Source of the DNA: an uncultured delta proteobacterium
Lineage (GTDB): Bacteria > Myxococcota > Myxococcia > Myxococcales > Anaeromyxobacteraceae
DNA: 64,000 bases
Direction of reading: 5' to 3'
Assembly: GCA_963828255.1 (NCBI GenBank)
Contig: CAWHDZ010000034.1
Span: 124,862-188,861 of the forward strand
The position numbers were made by a program, and so were the translations under genes. The notes below the pieces were generated by a model, which did not search any database, was not told the origin of the DNA, and saw nothing but the letters and a program-made list of their open reading frames with translations. Positions 35,957 through 46,437 of the stretch are shown here, one piece after another. The stretch's first letter is position 1; the number at the start of each line of letters is the position of its first letter.

Positions 35957-38189
35957 CTACGCAGCCCGCTGGAAGAACGCTCGTTCCTCCCAGGCGGCAA
36001 GCGCCGCCCTAGCCGCCTTCCCGTGCTTGGCGTGCCCTTTCCAGCGGCTCGCCACAACCTCCCTTCGCCTGGCGTCGAGGGCCGCGAGCACTTGATGACC
36101 AGCACCGAGTCTAGCCAGGATCCGGACGATGTCCCCTTCCAGGTCGGGCGAGAGGGCCTTAGCCCGCCCGGTAGTCACGTCCTCGGGCGGTTCAACGCCT
36201 CGAATCGACCGCGTCCAGCAACCGCATCCAGAGAGAGAGCCACGTCAGGATCTTGGGCCCCTCGAGGGTTCCGCTGTGCATGCGGACCTCGAGCGTGCCC
36301 AGGCTCCCGAACAGGCTACCCGCGCTCACCGCGAGGTAGCGTGCGCCCTCCTGCTCGAAGTGCCTTTGCCAGCCTCCGAGGGTCCGGAGCCCGCGCAGTT
36401 TCTTCCAGTGCCGACGAACGGGCTGGCAGTACCCGTTGTTGAACCGGGAAGGTGCGACGAGCGAGTGGAGCGCCGGTTCCATGAAGGCCACCCACCGGTG
36501 AAGGAGGCGCAAGCGTTCCAGGCTCGGGAGTCCCCAGCCGAGGTGGACGTGCGTTCCCGTCCGGAAGTCGACCGCGAGCCCAAACTCGCCCGCCGCCTTC
36601 TCCAACGCCTTGGTGACGTCGTGGAGTTCCTTGATGCCTTCCTCGCCACGCAGGACCCTGCTCGTCGCCTCCCAGCCGCAGGACCCGTCCCACTCGACGT
36701 TCCAGACCTCGTGGCTCTTCCTAGGGTCGTGCCCCTCCTGCAAGGGCCGCCGCGCCACCCTTCCTCGTCCCACGACCGTTTCGATCGCCGCCAGTAGGGC
36801 GCGCGCCACCTTCGTCCAGTCCGATGGCTTCTCCCCCACCCGGAACCCGCGCCTGGTGAGTTCGAGCTCGACGCCGAAGCTCTGGGCCGGCTGCAGTTCC
36901 AGGCCGTCGAGCCCCTTGTAGCCGGGCTCCGCCCGATAGCGCTGGATGGGCGCAGGTTCGAACGGGAAACGGGCCTTCGTCCCCGCTCGGCTCTCGACTC
37001 TCTTCCGGCTGGGGCATGACTTCCCCTCACCCCGCTGGGCACCATAGAAGTCGCTCGACCGTAACAGCTTGTCGGCGTGCGCCTCGAGTACGTCGACGAA
37101 GTCGACGATGTGGAAGCTCCTCTTTCCGGGGTGGATCCGGGCCCCTCGGCCCGCCATCTGCACGAACAAGATGTCGCTCGTGGTGGGACGGGCAAGGAAA
37201 ACGGTGCGAAGTTCGGGAATGTCGACGCCGTGGGTCGCCTTGGCCACGTTCACCAGCACATCCGTCGTGAACCCTCTCCGCGCTCGGAATCTCTCCAGGA
37301 CCTCCCGTTGCTGCTCTGCGCTCATTGCGCTGTGCACCGCCTCGGCCGAGACGCCGGCGGCGACGAAGAGCTTCTTCAGCCGCTCGGCATGCTCGATGTT
37401 GCAGGCGAAGACAAGGGTCTTGCCATAGCGCCTGCGGTTCTCCATCCACGTGGCGACGATCCGGTCGTTTCTCTTGCGGCTACGGCCCAACCTGCCGAGT
37501 GAACTCGGCGTGAAATCCCCGTTCGCCCCCGAGAGCTCGGGGCGCCACGCCACGCCGGTCTCCGTCCCCTTCTCCAGGATCGGCCTGGCGAGATACCCCG
37601 CCTTCACCAGGTCGTCGAAGGCGACGCGCACGATCGTCTCGTAGTCGCTCCAGACCCGTGGCGTTGCGGTGAGCCCGATGAAGAGAGCCGTGCGGACCAG
37701 GCGCTTTTCCAGAGCCCTGTACATCGTCCCCGCCTCTCCCCAGTGGACCTCGTCGACGACGACAAGGTCGAAGCGCTGCCGCTGGAGATCCTCGTTGCGG
37801 GCCACCAGCGTGTGCACGGTGCTGTAGACGATCCGTCCGTGCGCTCCCTCCGGGATCTCCGGCAGTTCGTGGCGGCCCCCCAGTCGAGTTGTGAGGCGAC
37901 GGAGCTCCGGGTGGGCGCCGAGGAGGTCATTCACGGCTTGCCGAATGAGCCACCAGTCCTTGGTGACCCAGAGCACTCGCTTGCCGGCGGCGAGCGACTT
38001 CAGGACCGGACCTTCGTTCGCGACGAGCGTCTTGCCGCTGCCAGTGGGCATTTGGACGAGCAGCTTGGTTCCCGGTCGGCCCGGGAGGTGCAGGGCGATG
38101 TCCGCCACGGCGGTAGCCTGGTAGTCGCGAAGGACGCGGGCAGCCTTGGGGGAGTTGCCGTTTCGGTTGGACACGGGTGGTGGACGCAC
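35957..38189 (-). CDS. SF2 (ResIII/DEAD-like) helicase fused to an Amidoligase_2-type domain; probable +1 frameshift at ~36203 (ORF as given stops at 36192)
   Basis: LRDYQ, MPTGSGKT, VDEVH, LTATP, QMAGRGAR; then SFGVELEL, VEWDGSC.WEATS, GTHVH, APSR, TLEVRMHSGTL. Confidence 0.8.
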
Positions 38190-38274
38190 AGCCTCCCGGG
38201 TCCTGACAGGCGACGCAGCGAGATCGGGCTGTCAGGTTCCCGGCGCTCCTGCGTCCTCACGCCAGGCCCTCGAA

Positions 38275-39375
38275 ATGACCAGGAAGCGCAAGTCCGCCAG
38301 AAGTCGCGAAACCAGGCGAGCCGCCGGGCCAGTGCCCGTCGACCGCCGAAACACGCGCCTTCGCTTTGAGCAGTGGGTGCGAAACCCCCGCTGCGCGGCA
38401 AACACCGCCTCCGCCATTCTCGGCGTCAGCATGGCTGTCGTGGCGGAGATGGAGAAGTTGCCCACGACCATGGGGCAGTCCCCCTTTGCCATCGCCCGCG
38501 GTCAGCAGTTCGAAAGGGGGCTATTCCGTGAGGACGCCTCGAGGCTCCGGCAGGCGCTCGCCAGGGTAGGCATTGCGCCCCCTCCGGGTCTCGCCGACTT
38601 CCGCCTCCGTCAGGCCGGGGGCCCCATGGCCGACCTCGATACCGCGCGGGCGGGCACCGAGACCCTCCTGCGAACAGCCGCCTCCGGCCAGCTCGTTCCA
38701 GGGATCGTCGCGGGGGCCTGCCTGGGCCTGCCCGGACGGCAGCCGATGCTACCGGAGGCGATGCTCGCGCTCGACGTCCTCGTCGTCCTCCCGGGAGAGC
38801 CGACGACGCTCATGGTGGGAGAGGTGAAGACCTACGCGGACCGGGGCGGGTACACGGATTGGGGCGAACTCGCCACGGCGCGGGCCCAGGCCGGGGTCTA
38901 CGTCCATGCCCTCGATGAGTTCCGGGTCGCGTCGGGCCTCGAGGACTCGCTTCAGGTGGCGGACTCGGGCTTCCTCGTGCTGAGCCGCCCTGGATCCAAC
39001 TTCCCGGTCGTGCGCCCCGCGGAGGACCTCCGGTACCAGGCTACCCGTGCGCAGCGCGGCCTGGAACGGCTCCGCGACCGTGCATCCGAGCTCGCAGGCG
39101 CCATCGTCGCGGGGGCCGATCCCATTGCGACGATAACCGCTGCCGACTGCAGCTACTCGCCGACCTGCGTGTCCTTCTGCGACCGGTCCCCGGCCTGCTT
39201 TCGGAAGGCGCTCGCCGCGGGAGACGCCGCGGTCCTGGGCGAGGACGTCGGCCGGTTCGTGGGTACGATCCCGCTCGACAGGGTCGTCGCTCTCCTAAAG
39301 GGAGATGCGCCCGCCACCGAGGCGGAGCTGTCGCTCTCCGCCCGCCTCCTCGACCTCGAAGGCGCCACGCCGTGA
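38275..39375 (+). CDS. Cas4/Dna2-like PD-(D/E)XK nuclease with probable Fe-S cysteines
   Basis: NPRC...ARGQQFE...LDVL...GEVK...QAGVY...CVSFCDRSPAC. Confidence 0.65.
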   Translation: MTRKRKSARSRETRRAAGPVPVDRRNTRLRFEQWVRNPRCAANTASAILGVSMAVVAEMEKLPTTMGQSPFAIARGQQFERGLFREDASRLRQALARVGIAPPPGLADFRLRQAGGPMADLDTARAGTETLLRTAASGQLVPGIVAGACLGLPGRQPMLPEAMLALDVLVVLPGEPTTLMVGEVKTYADRGGYTDWGELATARAQAGVYVHALDEFRVASGLEDSLQVADSGFLVLSRPGSNFPVVRPAEDLRYQATRAQRGLERLRDRASELAGAIVAGADPIATITAADCSYSPTCVSFCDRSPACFRKALAAGDAAVLGEDVGRFVGTIPLDRVVALLKGDAPATEAELSLSARLLDLEGATP

Positions 39376-40884
39376 ACGAGCGAGCCGTCCTTCGCCGTCT
39401 TCGCGCATACGCAACCGGAGGGCCGATGCCCCGAGGGAGCACGTTGCACGTTCCGCGCCCGGGTGGCGACGACCTCCTCGTCGCCTTCGTCCGCATGGGC
39501 GGGGAATCGTTGCCCTGGGGGGTCGCCTGGTCCTTCGGCGGCCTGAAGCCCCGGGCTCTGACCGTGCCGGAGCCTCGCGACCGGGAACTGGTCGGCGCGA
39601 TGATGGCGGAATTCTCGAACGTGATCCTGCCGCACGCAGGACATCCTGGGTTCGGCGACCCGCTCGAGGATGGCCAGGTGCCCCCGCCGATTCTGGGTGC
39701 CGAATCCCACCCACCTGTCGATGTTCCACTTCGTGGCCATCGCCTACGTGAACGCTCGTAAGGGCGAGCCCGACCGGGTTGGCGCCCTGAACGCGCTCGG
39801 CCGGCACGCGACCTGGCTCTTCCTCGAGGCACAGCGTGCAGGGCAGCAGGCGCTGCTCGACGCCACCGACGTCCTGCGAGAGTCCTTCACGTTCCCGTCC
39901 GACGACGTGCGCCAGGCACACCTGGGCTACCTGCTCGCCCTGCTCCGCACCCCGGGCCCCATCAACGCCCGCCTCGACGCCGCCGCCACCGCCGAGCGCC
40001 TTTCCGTGGCGACGAGTCTCGACCCCGAGATTGAGCGGAAGGAACTCGAGCCACTCGTGGAGGCGTACCGTGAAGTGACGAAGGCGGGAGACCAGGCGGC
40101 GACGACGCGCGCGACGACTGCGATCGACGCCATCCTTCGCCGGGAACTCTTCCGCCGGCTGGAACTCGTCTCGCAGGCACGCGACGTGGTCCGCGCCGAT
40201 CCCCGGGAACCGAACTCGGGCCTCGCGACCCTACGGAAGAGTGCGGCCTACCAGTACCAGGGGTACATGCGCCGGGAGGAACAGCTCGTGTCAGGAACTG
40301 GCCGCCCGTTCGTCCCCTCCCCCATCACCGATTTTGACCCCACCGCTGCGGCCCGGAACTTCCGGGTCCTCGAGTCGAGCGAACGAGCACGAATGGTGGC
40401 CCTCATTCATCACGACCAGGAGATGCTGGACGAGGCAGTCGCCTCCGGCGATGCATTCGTCGGTCGCCTATCGGAGGTCCGGGACGAGGGGCAGGGGCGG
40501 AAGACGACGCCAGTCTGGGAGATTGAGACCGCCGGGTCCGGCCCGCTGCGGCTCCGGGAGGGTGGCGAGGTCTGCGTGGCCGGGCTTCCGAGGCGCATGG
40601 GCAGGATCCGCTCCATCGATCTCACCCGGGCCGGACGGGTGATCGAGGTGGAGATCACGGGACTCAAGACCGTGCCGCGCAAGCCTGTGGACGGCGAGGT
40701 AGTCCTCCCGGCGACCGACCCTGGCCTCGAGGGTGCCGAGATCACGATGCTCGCTGCCGGGCCCGATCCCGTGGTGCTCATGATGAGGAGCCACGCATTC
40801 GACGGCGACGGGCCGGGTAGCTGGCTCACCCACTCCCGCCCCGGCGAGGCCGGCAAGGGCCAGATGGAGGAGGAGCCCGCGTGA
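39372..40884 (+). CDS. Hypothetical protein (helical region + C-terminal beta-barrel); frameshift in the C-run at 39681-39685
   Basis: ORFs 39372-39761 and 39670-40884 join after removing one C; GTGA overlaps at both ends. Confidence 0.65.
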
Positions 40885-42219
40885 CCCCCGGCCAACTGAA
40901 GGCCATGATCGACGCCAGGCGCGACGACGTCTTCGCTCGCCTCATGGGAAGGCTCCAGCGTCCTCGGTCGGTCGTCGTGGTCAAGGCGCCCCCGGGCTCC
41001 GGAAAGACCCACCTCCTCGTCGACTCGGTGGCGGCAGCGCTGGGTCAGGACATGCGCGTTGCCGTCGCGACCCAGACGAGCGCCCAGGCCGACGCCGTTT
41101 GCCTTCGCCTGGCCCGGCGCGTTCCGGCAGTTGCTTCCACCCGCTTCCTCGGGAGCGGAGGCGCGATGGAGGAGCGCCATTCGCTCGTTGCCGAGGTTCG
41201 CCATGGCGCCCAGCTCCCGTCCGGGAACGCCATCGTGGTAGCGACCACGGCCAAGTGGGAGTATGCCCCGCCGTCACCCGCCTTCGACGTCGTCGTGGTG
41301 GACGAGGCGTGGCAGATGCCCTGGTTCCGGTTCATGGGGCTCGGCAACGTCGCGCCCCGCTTCGTGCTCATTGGCGACCCCGGCCAGATCCCTCCGATTG
41401 TCACCGTGGACGCGTCCCGATGGGAGGTGGCGCCCCGCCCGCCGCATCGGGCCGCCCCGGAGCTCATCCTGGCCGACCAGTCGTTGGACTTCCTCGACCT
41501 CGAGTTGCCGGCGTCGCGGCGCCTGCCGTACGACACGGTCCAGCTCATCCAGCCCTTCTACGATTTCCCCTTCGCTTCCTACTCGGCTCCCGGCGAGAGG
41601 CGCATCGAGACCTCGGGGAGGTCCCGCGACGATGTGGACAAGGCTCTCGACCTGCTCGGGGACGGGAGCGTCTCCGGGATCACCCTTCCCTGCCCCGACG
41701 GCGGCCCGCCGCTCGACGTGGACGACGCCATCGCCGCGACCGCCGTCGACGTGGGGCGACGGGCGCTCCGCCGACAGGCGACGTTCGTAGCTGAGGATGC
41801 ATCCCCGGCCGAGCGCCGCATCGTGCTCGAGCCTCGACACATCGGCATCGTCGCGACACACAGGGTCATGAACGCGCGCATCGCCGAGTTGCTCCCTCGC
41901 GAGATGCGCGACGTGCGCGTGGAAACCCCGGAGCGCTGGCAGGGCCTGGAGCGCGAACTCATGGTCATGGTGCACCCGCTCTCGGGCGTGGTGGACCCAT
42001 CGTCCTTCGACCTCGACACAGGACGCCTCTGCGTGATGTCGTCCCGGCATCGTGGAGGGCTCGTTGTCCTGAGCCGCGACCACGTCCGGGAGTCCCTTGA
42101 GGAGCACGTGCCGGTCGCCGACCAGCCCGTCGGCCAGCCCGATTCGAACGGGCGCGGGCACACTCGCCACCTTGGATTCTGGACGGATTCTCGAGGAACG
42201 GGGGAGGTTGGTCGCGTGA
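40881..42219 (+). CDS. SF1 (Upf1/Dna2-like) helicase; probable +1 insertion at ~42189
   Basis: APPGSGKT, VVDEAWQ, IGDPGQIPP, SRRL, ETPERWQGLE, RLCVMSSRHR. Confidence 0.8.
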
Positions 42220-42827
42220 TCCACGAGTTTCGGGAGACCGTTCTCACCTATCGAGCCGCGCAGCGCATGGCCTGGTGCGCCGGGGATAAGTCCCTGGTGC
42301 CGGCCTTTCATCCCGTGGACGGCATCGTCCGCAACCAGAACGACAAGCACTTCGGAGAGTTCTTCACACTTCGCCACTTCCACGAGGCAGAGGGCTGGCT
42401 TGGCTTCCGCTTCTACGCCCTCAACTGCACGCCCGACCTCGGGCATCCCAGGTTTGGCGCTGGCGGCCGGAAGCTCATCACGCTCCTGCCAACAGAAAGA
42501 CTCCTGGCCTACCGGAGGGCGAGGGCGGAGTTCCTCCAGGGACGCAATCCTGAGAAGGGAGAGCCGGACCTCTTCCTGTACAGGGATTCGACGAAGGAGG
42601 TCGTGTTTCTCGAGGTGAAGCTGGGGAGCGATTGGCCGGACGTGGAGGGGATGCAACTCGCCTGCCTTGTCCAGATCCGCGACATCCTCGGCTGCCGAGC
42701 CGAGATCGTGCACCTCCGGGAAGAAGGCGAGCGGTACGTTCCGAGGGTTCACGCAGTGGAACTCGCACGGAGGCCCGTCGAGGTGGCGCGGGGACCTGTC
42801 GTGCGGAAGCGTGGTCAGGGGCGGTGA
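42216..42827 (+). CDS. VRR-NUC-like PD-(D/E)XK nuclease
   Basis: GGAGG RBS + GTG; GEPDLFLY...FLEVKLGSD...Q. Confidence 0.65.
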   Translation: MIHEFRETVLTYRAAQRMAWCAGDKSLVPAFHPVDGIVRNQNDKHFGEFFTLRHFHEAEGWLGFRFYALNCTPDLGHPRFGAGGRKLITLLPTERLLAYRRARAEFLQGRNPEKGEPDLFLYRDSTKEVVFLEVKLGSDWPDVEGMQLACLVQIRDILGCRAEIVHLREEGERYVPRVHAVELARRPVEVARGPVVRKRGQGR

Positions 42828-43564
42828 TGGCGACCGGAGAAGCTTCGGCGCAGGCGATCGAGGCTCGAATCAACGATGCCATCATGGAGGTCTGGTACCG
42901 GCCCGCCCTGGGGCTCGAGACGTCGCGCCCTCGGATGCCCATGGTCTATCCGCAGCTCGTCGCTGGCGGCCTTCTCGTCGTGGGTCTCAATCCCTCCTTC
43001 AGCGAAGTCGGATTCCGATCGTTCCTCCGCGGGCCCGAATGGGCCAGCTTCGACCCCATGGAGTTCTACCGGTGGAGGAGCGGGCCCGGGGACTACGTCG
43101 CCAAGGCGCAGCGGATCGAGGAGGCCTCCCTTCAAGCACACGCGTACTTCCGACCTTTCGAGGCGTTCGCGGCGTCTGTTGGGCGACCGTGGCAGCACCT
43201 CGACCTGCTCGCGGTCCGCGAGACGTCGGACAAGGTGGCGCTCGAGTGGGTGGGGTGCGCCGAGAAGAGGGAGCCGATCCTTCCCTCCCTGAACGCCTTC
43301 GGGCGTGCCCAGGTCGAAGTGTCGGTCCGGGCCATTGGCCTCATCCAGCCGGAATGCCTGATCGTTCCGAACGTCACAGCGGCCCGCATTCTCGTGGAGA
43401 CGCTGCGGGCGACGTTCGACGACGAACGTGGGTGCTACCTGGCGAGCGTCGGAGAGAAGCAGGTACCGATGTTCTGCTCGAGCATGTGGACGGGGCAGCG
43501 AGCCCTCGACCGGTTCTCTCGGGAGTTGCTCGAGTGGCACCTGAAGCGGAGTATCAGCGGGTAG
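42827..43564 (+). CDS. Uracil-DNA-glycosylase-superfamily-like protein
   Basis: LVVGLNPS, YFRPF, HLDLLAVRET, IQPECLIV; TGATG coupling with the upstream gene. Confidence 0.55.
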   Translation: MATGEASAQAIEARINDAIMEVWYRPALGLETSRPRMPMVYPQLVAGGLLVVGLNPSFSEVGFRSFLRGPEWASFDPMEFYRWRSGPGDYVAKAQRIEEASLQAHAYFRPFEAFAASVGRPWQHLDLLAVRETSDKVALEWVGCAEKREPILPSLNAFGRAQVEVSVRAIGLIQPECLIVPNVTAARILVETLRATFDDERGCYLASVGEKQVPMFCSSMWTGQRALDRFSRELLEWHLKRSISG

Positions 43565-43585
43565 GCTGTCAGGTACGCTCCGGTC

Positions 43586-44065
43586 ATGCGTCTGCCCCAC
43601 ATCATGTGTAGGCGCCTATCCGAGATCATCCTCCACATCCGGTACAAGCCTATCGGCGTCCCGGGCGTTTGCTATTACTGCGGCGTCCGGGCGCAAGGGC
43701 GCGATCATGTTCCGCCCCTGTCGCTCGTCTCCGAGGATCCGGATCTCCGCGAGGGGTTGCCGTTCTTCCTGCTTCCTTCCTGCAACGAGTGCAACAGCAT
43801 GCTGGGCAATAATCCGATCGTTGTCATTGAGGCTCGCCGCGCGTGGCTTTACAGGCGATACCAGGCGCGCTACCAGCGGGAGCTGGCCATGCCCGAATGG
43901 TACCCGGAGGAGATCGCCGAGCTCGGCTCCAACATGCGAAGCTCCGTCCGGGCCGGCCTTCGGCTCAAGAAGGCGGTGCTCGAGCGCATTGCGATCCTGG
44001 GTCGTCCGCGGGCGGAGCCAGCGAAGCTGGACTTCCTGGAAGACGGTGCTGAGGAGGCAGCATAG
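43586..44065 (+). CDS. Small HNH endonuclease
   Basis: CYYCG...DHVPP...PSCNECNSMLG. Confidence 0.7.
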   Translation: MRLPHIMCRRLSEIILHIRYKPIGVPGVCYYCGVRAQGRDHVPPLSLVSEDPDLREGLPFFLLPSCNECNSMLGNNPIVVIEARRAWLYRRYQARYQRELAMPEWYPEEIAELGSNMRSSVRAGLRLKKAVLERIAILGRPRAEPAKLDFLEDGAEEAA

Positions 44066-44090
44066 GCTCCATCTTGCGCTACCCTAGGGC

Positions 44091-45140
44091 ATGGCCGGGA
44101 GGGTCAGGATGCCAAGGATACGTTCCCTGAACAGGGTTCTTCCCGACGGCAGCGAGACTCGCGAATACAAGGATCTTTCGGACCCGGGCCTCGCGGCGCA
44201 CGTGGGGAAGCACATCCTGACTGCTGAGGAGGATTGGTCGACCCGGCTAGGCACGGAGATCCCCATTCCCGCTGATCCCGAAGCGGTGAGGCAGGCAGTG
44301 CGGCTCGCCCAAGCGGGGGAAGCCCTCGAGAACGTCCGGGCTCGCCTTCGCGAGCTGTGGGGCGATGACGGGGAGCGCGTCCTAGAGAGGCTCTTCTGCG
44401 AGAAGGAGTTGTCGGCGCTTCGGGGGAAGAGTGGAGCCGGCGCCAGGGAGATCCTTCGCCTGCTTTCCGAGGCTCCTTCCCAATCGCAATGGGGGAGCAC
44501 GAAGGGCTTGGGACCGGCCGAAATCGTCGAGAGCGCGCGGCGATCGGGCATCCTGCCAATTCTCACATCCGCCATCGTCCACCTCGACCTGACAGATCGG
44601 TTGCTTCTCGAAACCGACCCCGGAGATTACGCTCGGGACGTCGTAGGCGAAGCGCGCAAGCTCATGTCGAGGCAGGGCCTTTTCTGCAGCTTCCTGACGA
44701 CCTGGGTCATGGCCCCCGACAATGCGGTCGCCACCATCCGGGCCGCCTTCGGGGATCGCTATCCCGAGATCGCCGCGGCGTACCTCGACGCTGCTCACAG
44801 GGCCGCCGCGAGCGCGGGAGCCACCCCTCGGCACTGCACCTACGACCTGTCTTCCGGTATCTTTCTCGTCGAAGGTGTGGAGGGCTATGTAGACGATGCG
44901 GGCCTCGCCGTGGTCATCGGCCCCGACGGCTCCGGCAGGCATCGCCTATACACGGCGCACGTGCCCTCTAAGGCGAAGTCGCGAGGAGGAGAACTGGGTG
45001 CGGCGAACCGCGCGCTGCTCCGGAAGGCCTGGGGACCATCGACCCCTGAGGAACGAAAGAGATTCCTGGAAGAGTTGAACAAGGGACACGTCGTCCTCCA
45101 TGACCTCCATGCACTCGAGCGCTGGCGGGAGTTGCGATGA
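44091..45140 (+). CDS. Hypothetical protein
   Basis: 349-aa ORF, ATGA-coupled to the next gene. Confidence 0.6.
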   Translation: MAGRVRMPRIRSLNRVLPDGSETREYKDLSDPGLAAHVGKHILTAEEDWSTRLGTEIPIPADPEAVRQAVRLAQAGEALENVRARLRELWGDDGERVLERLFCEKELSALRGKSGAGAREILRLLSEAPSQSQWGSTKGLGPAEIVESARRSGILPILTSAIVHLDLTDRLLLETDPGDYARDVVGEARKLMSRQGLFCSFLTTWVMAPDNAVATIRAAFGDRYPEIAAAYLDAAHRAAASAGATPRHCTYDLSSGIFLVEGVEGYVDDAGLAVVIGPDGSGRHRLYTAHVPSKAKSRGGELGAANRALLRKAWGPSTPEERKRFLEELNKGHVVLHDLHALERWRELR

Positions 45141-45913
45141 CGTGCCCCGAAAGGTACATCGCGACTGCGCTGGCGCTGGCGGAGCCCCTATCGGACCTTC
45201 GCAAGGCCGCGCGCCAGTGGCGGGGCCCGGCGGTCCGGAGGAGGCAGGCACTCTTCGAGTTCCTTCGGCTTCGTAGCCACGCGCGACACGCCACGGCCAT
45301 CGCACTGCGGGCCGTCGCTGAACCGACGAACCAAGCCATCGCACGGGCCGCCGGGCACCTTCGGGCAACGATGGGACGGCTTCTGGAGACCGACGTCGGC
45401 AGTCGATGGGATCCGGAAAGGGTGGCGGACCAGGTCGTCCGCGAGTTCCTCGTCCGCGATCTCGCGCCAGCGGTGGAACAACTCCAGGCGCTGGCGCTGG
45501 TCAAGCCCGTTCATCCCCTCACCCTCTCCTGGGAGGAGCGGGGCGATGTGGAGGACCTCGTGCTGGACAGGCTGGCGGTGCGGCTCGTGTGGCAGGAAGC
45601 ACCGCTCGTCGTCGGTGCAGACGCGTGGTCGGCGATCATGAGGGGAGCGATCGACGGTCAGTTGGACCAGCGCAGTCGCTTTTCCCGATCGTATGAGAAG
45701 GCGGTGGGGGCCTATCGCTCGGTCGACCGCGGCCTCGAGGACGCCTTGCCCGGGGGCGTCCGCGACGGCTTCGACCTGATCCGGAGGGAAGTCTACAACC
45801 GCCATTTCCCTTCGATGCCCGCGCTCGTCGACGCCGGGCGATTGGCCTTGGGGCCACTCCTCACGATCGATGACCTTCCTTGGGAGGAACGATCGAGCCA
45901 ATTCCTCTTCTGA
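45137..45913 (+). CDS. Hypothetical helical protein
   Basis: 258-aa ORF with GGGAG RBS. Confidence 0.6.
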   Translation: MTCPERYIATALALAEPLSDLRKAARQWRGPAVRRRQALFEFLRLRSHARHATAIALRAVAEPTNQAIARAAGHLRATMGRLLETDVGSRWDPERVADQVVREFLVRDLAPAVEQLQALALVKPVHPLTLSWEERGDVEDLVLDRLAVRLVWQEAPLVVGADAWSAIMRGAIDGQLDQRSRFSRSYEKAVGAYRSVDRGLEDALPGGVRDGFDLIRREVYNRHFPSMPALVDAGRLALGPLLTIDDLPWEERSSQFLF

Positions 45914-45939
45914 TCCCGACGGCTACCCGAAGGTGACCA

Positions 45940-46290
45940 CGGCGTGGACGCGATGGGCGAACTCCGGCTACCTCGACGCGGGTATTGCTGGCCTCGGCAA
46001 CACAGTGCTGCATCTCGTACAGGATAGGTGCCTCGAAGATGGTCTTGGGAGCGTGTGGATCCCATGCGCCGCTGGCGATTTCGATGGCAAGGCGGACGAT
46101 CCCCGACTCCGGTGCAGACAGCGAGGGTCGTCGACACGCCGGCCGTCCGGCGGGGCTCGCCCGCGCGGGGAAAGTTCCCTCCGCCGAGTTCCTGGATGTA
46201 CACGATTCACTCCGGCGGGCTTGCCCAGTCGATACCGGGCAGGATCTGGTCGACCCTGTGGACCAGGAAGGTCTCGGAGTTGGGGCGGGT
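45940..46290 (-). pseudogene. Decayed paralog of the 55563-56447 metallopeptidase-like gene
   Basis: GIVRLAIEIASGAWD...YEMQHCVAEASNTRVEV versus GIVRLAVALAHGTWD...HEVQHCVAETGMTRIEI; in-frame TGA at 46207-46209. Confidence 0.75.
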
Positions 46291-46437
46291 GAGCGCACTC
46301 GTGTGCACCCATAGTGGAGTTGCTGAGCGACTCGAGAGTACTGGACGTGGTCTCTCCGGTGCATGAGGCCCCCGGGGTCACTACGGGGGACGCGTGCCGC
46401 CGCGGCCCTGACAGTCAGGACGTCGAACAGTTCGACC

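Noticed and set aside
40881..42827. Apparent helicase-VRR-NUC fusion (648 aa)
   Set aside because: Removing one T at ~42189 gives a natural helicase end (FWTDLEERGRLVA*) overlapping a GTG with its own GGAGG RBS; two genes are more likely
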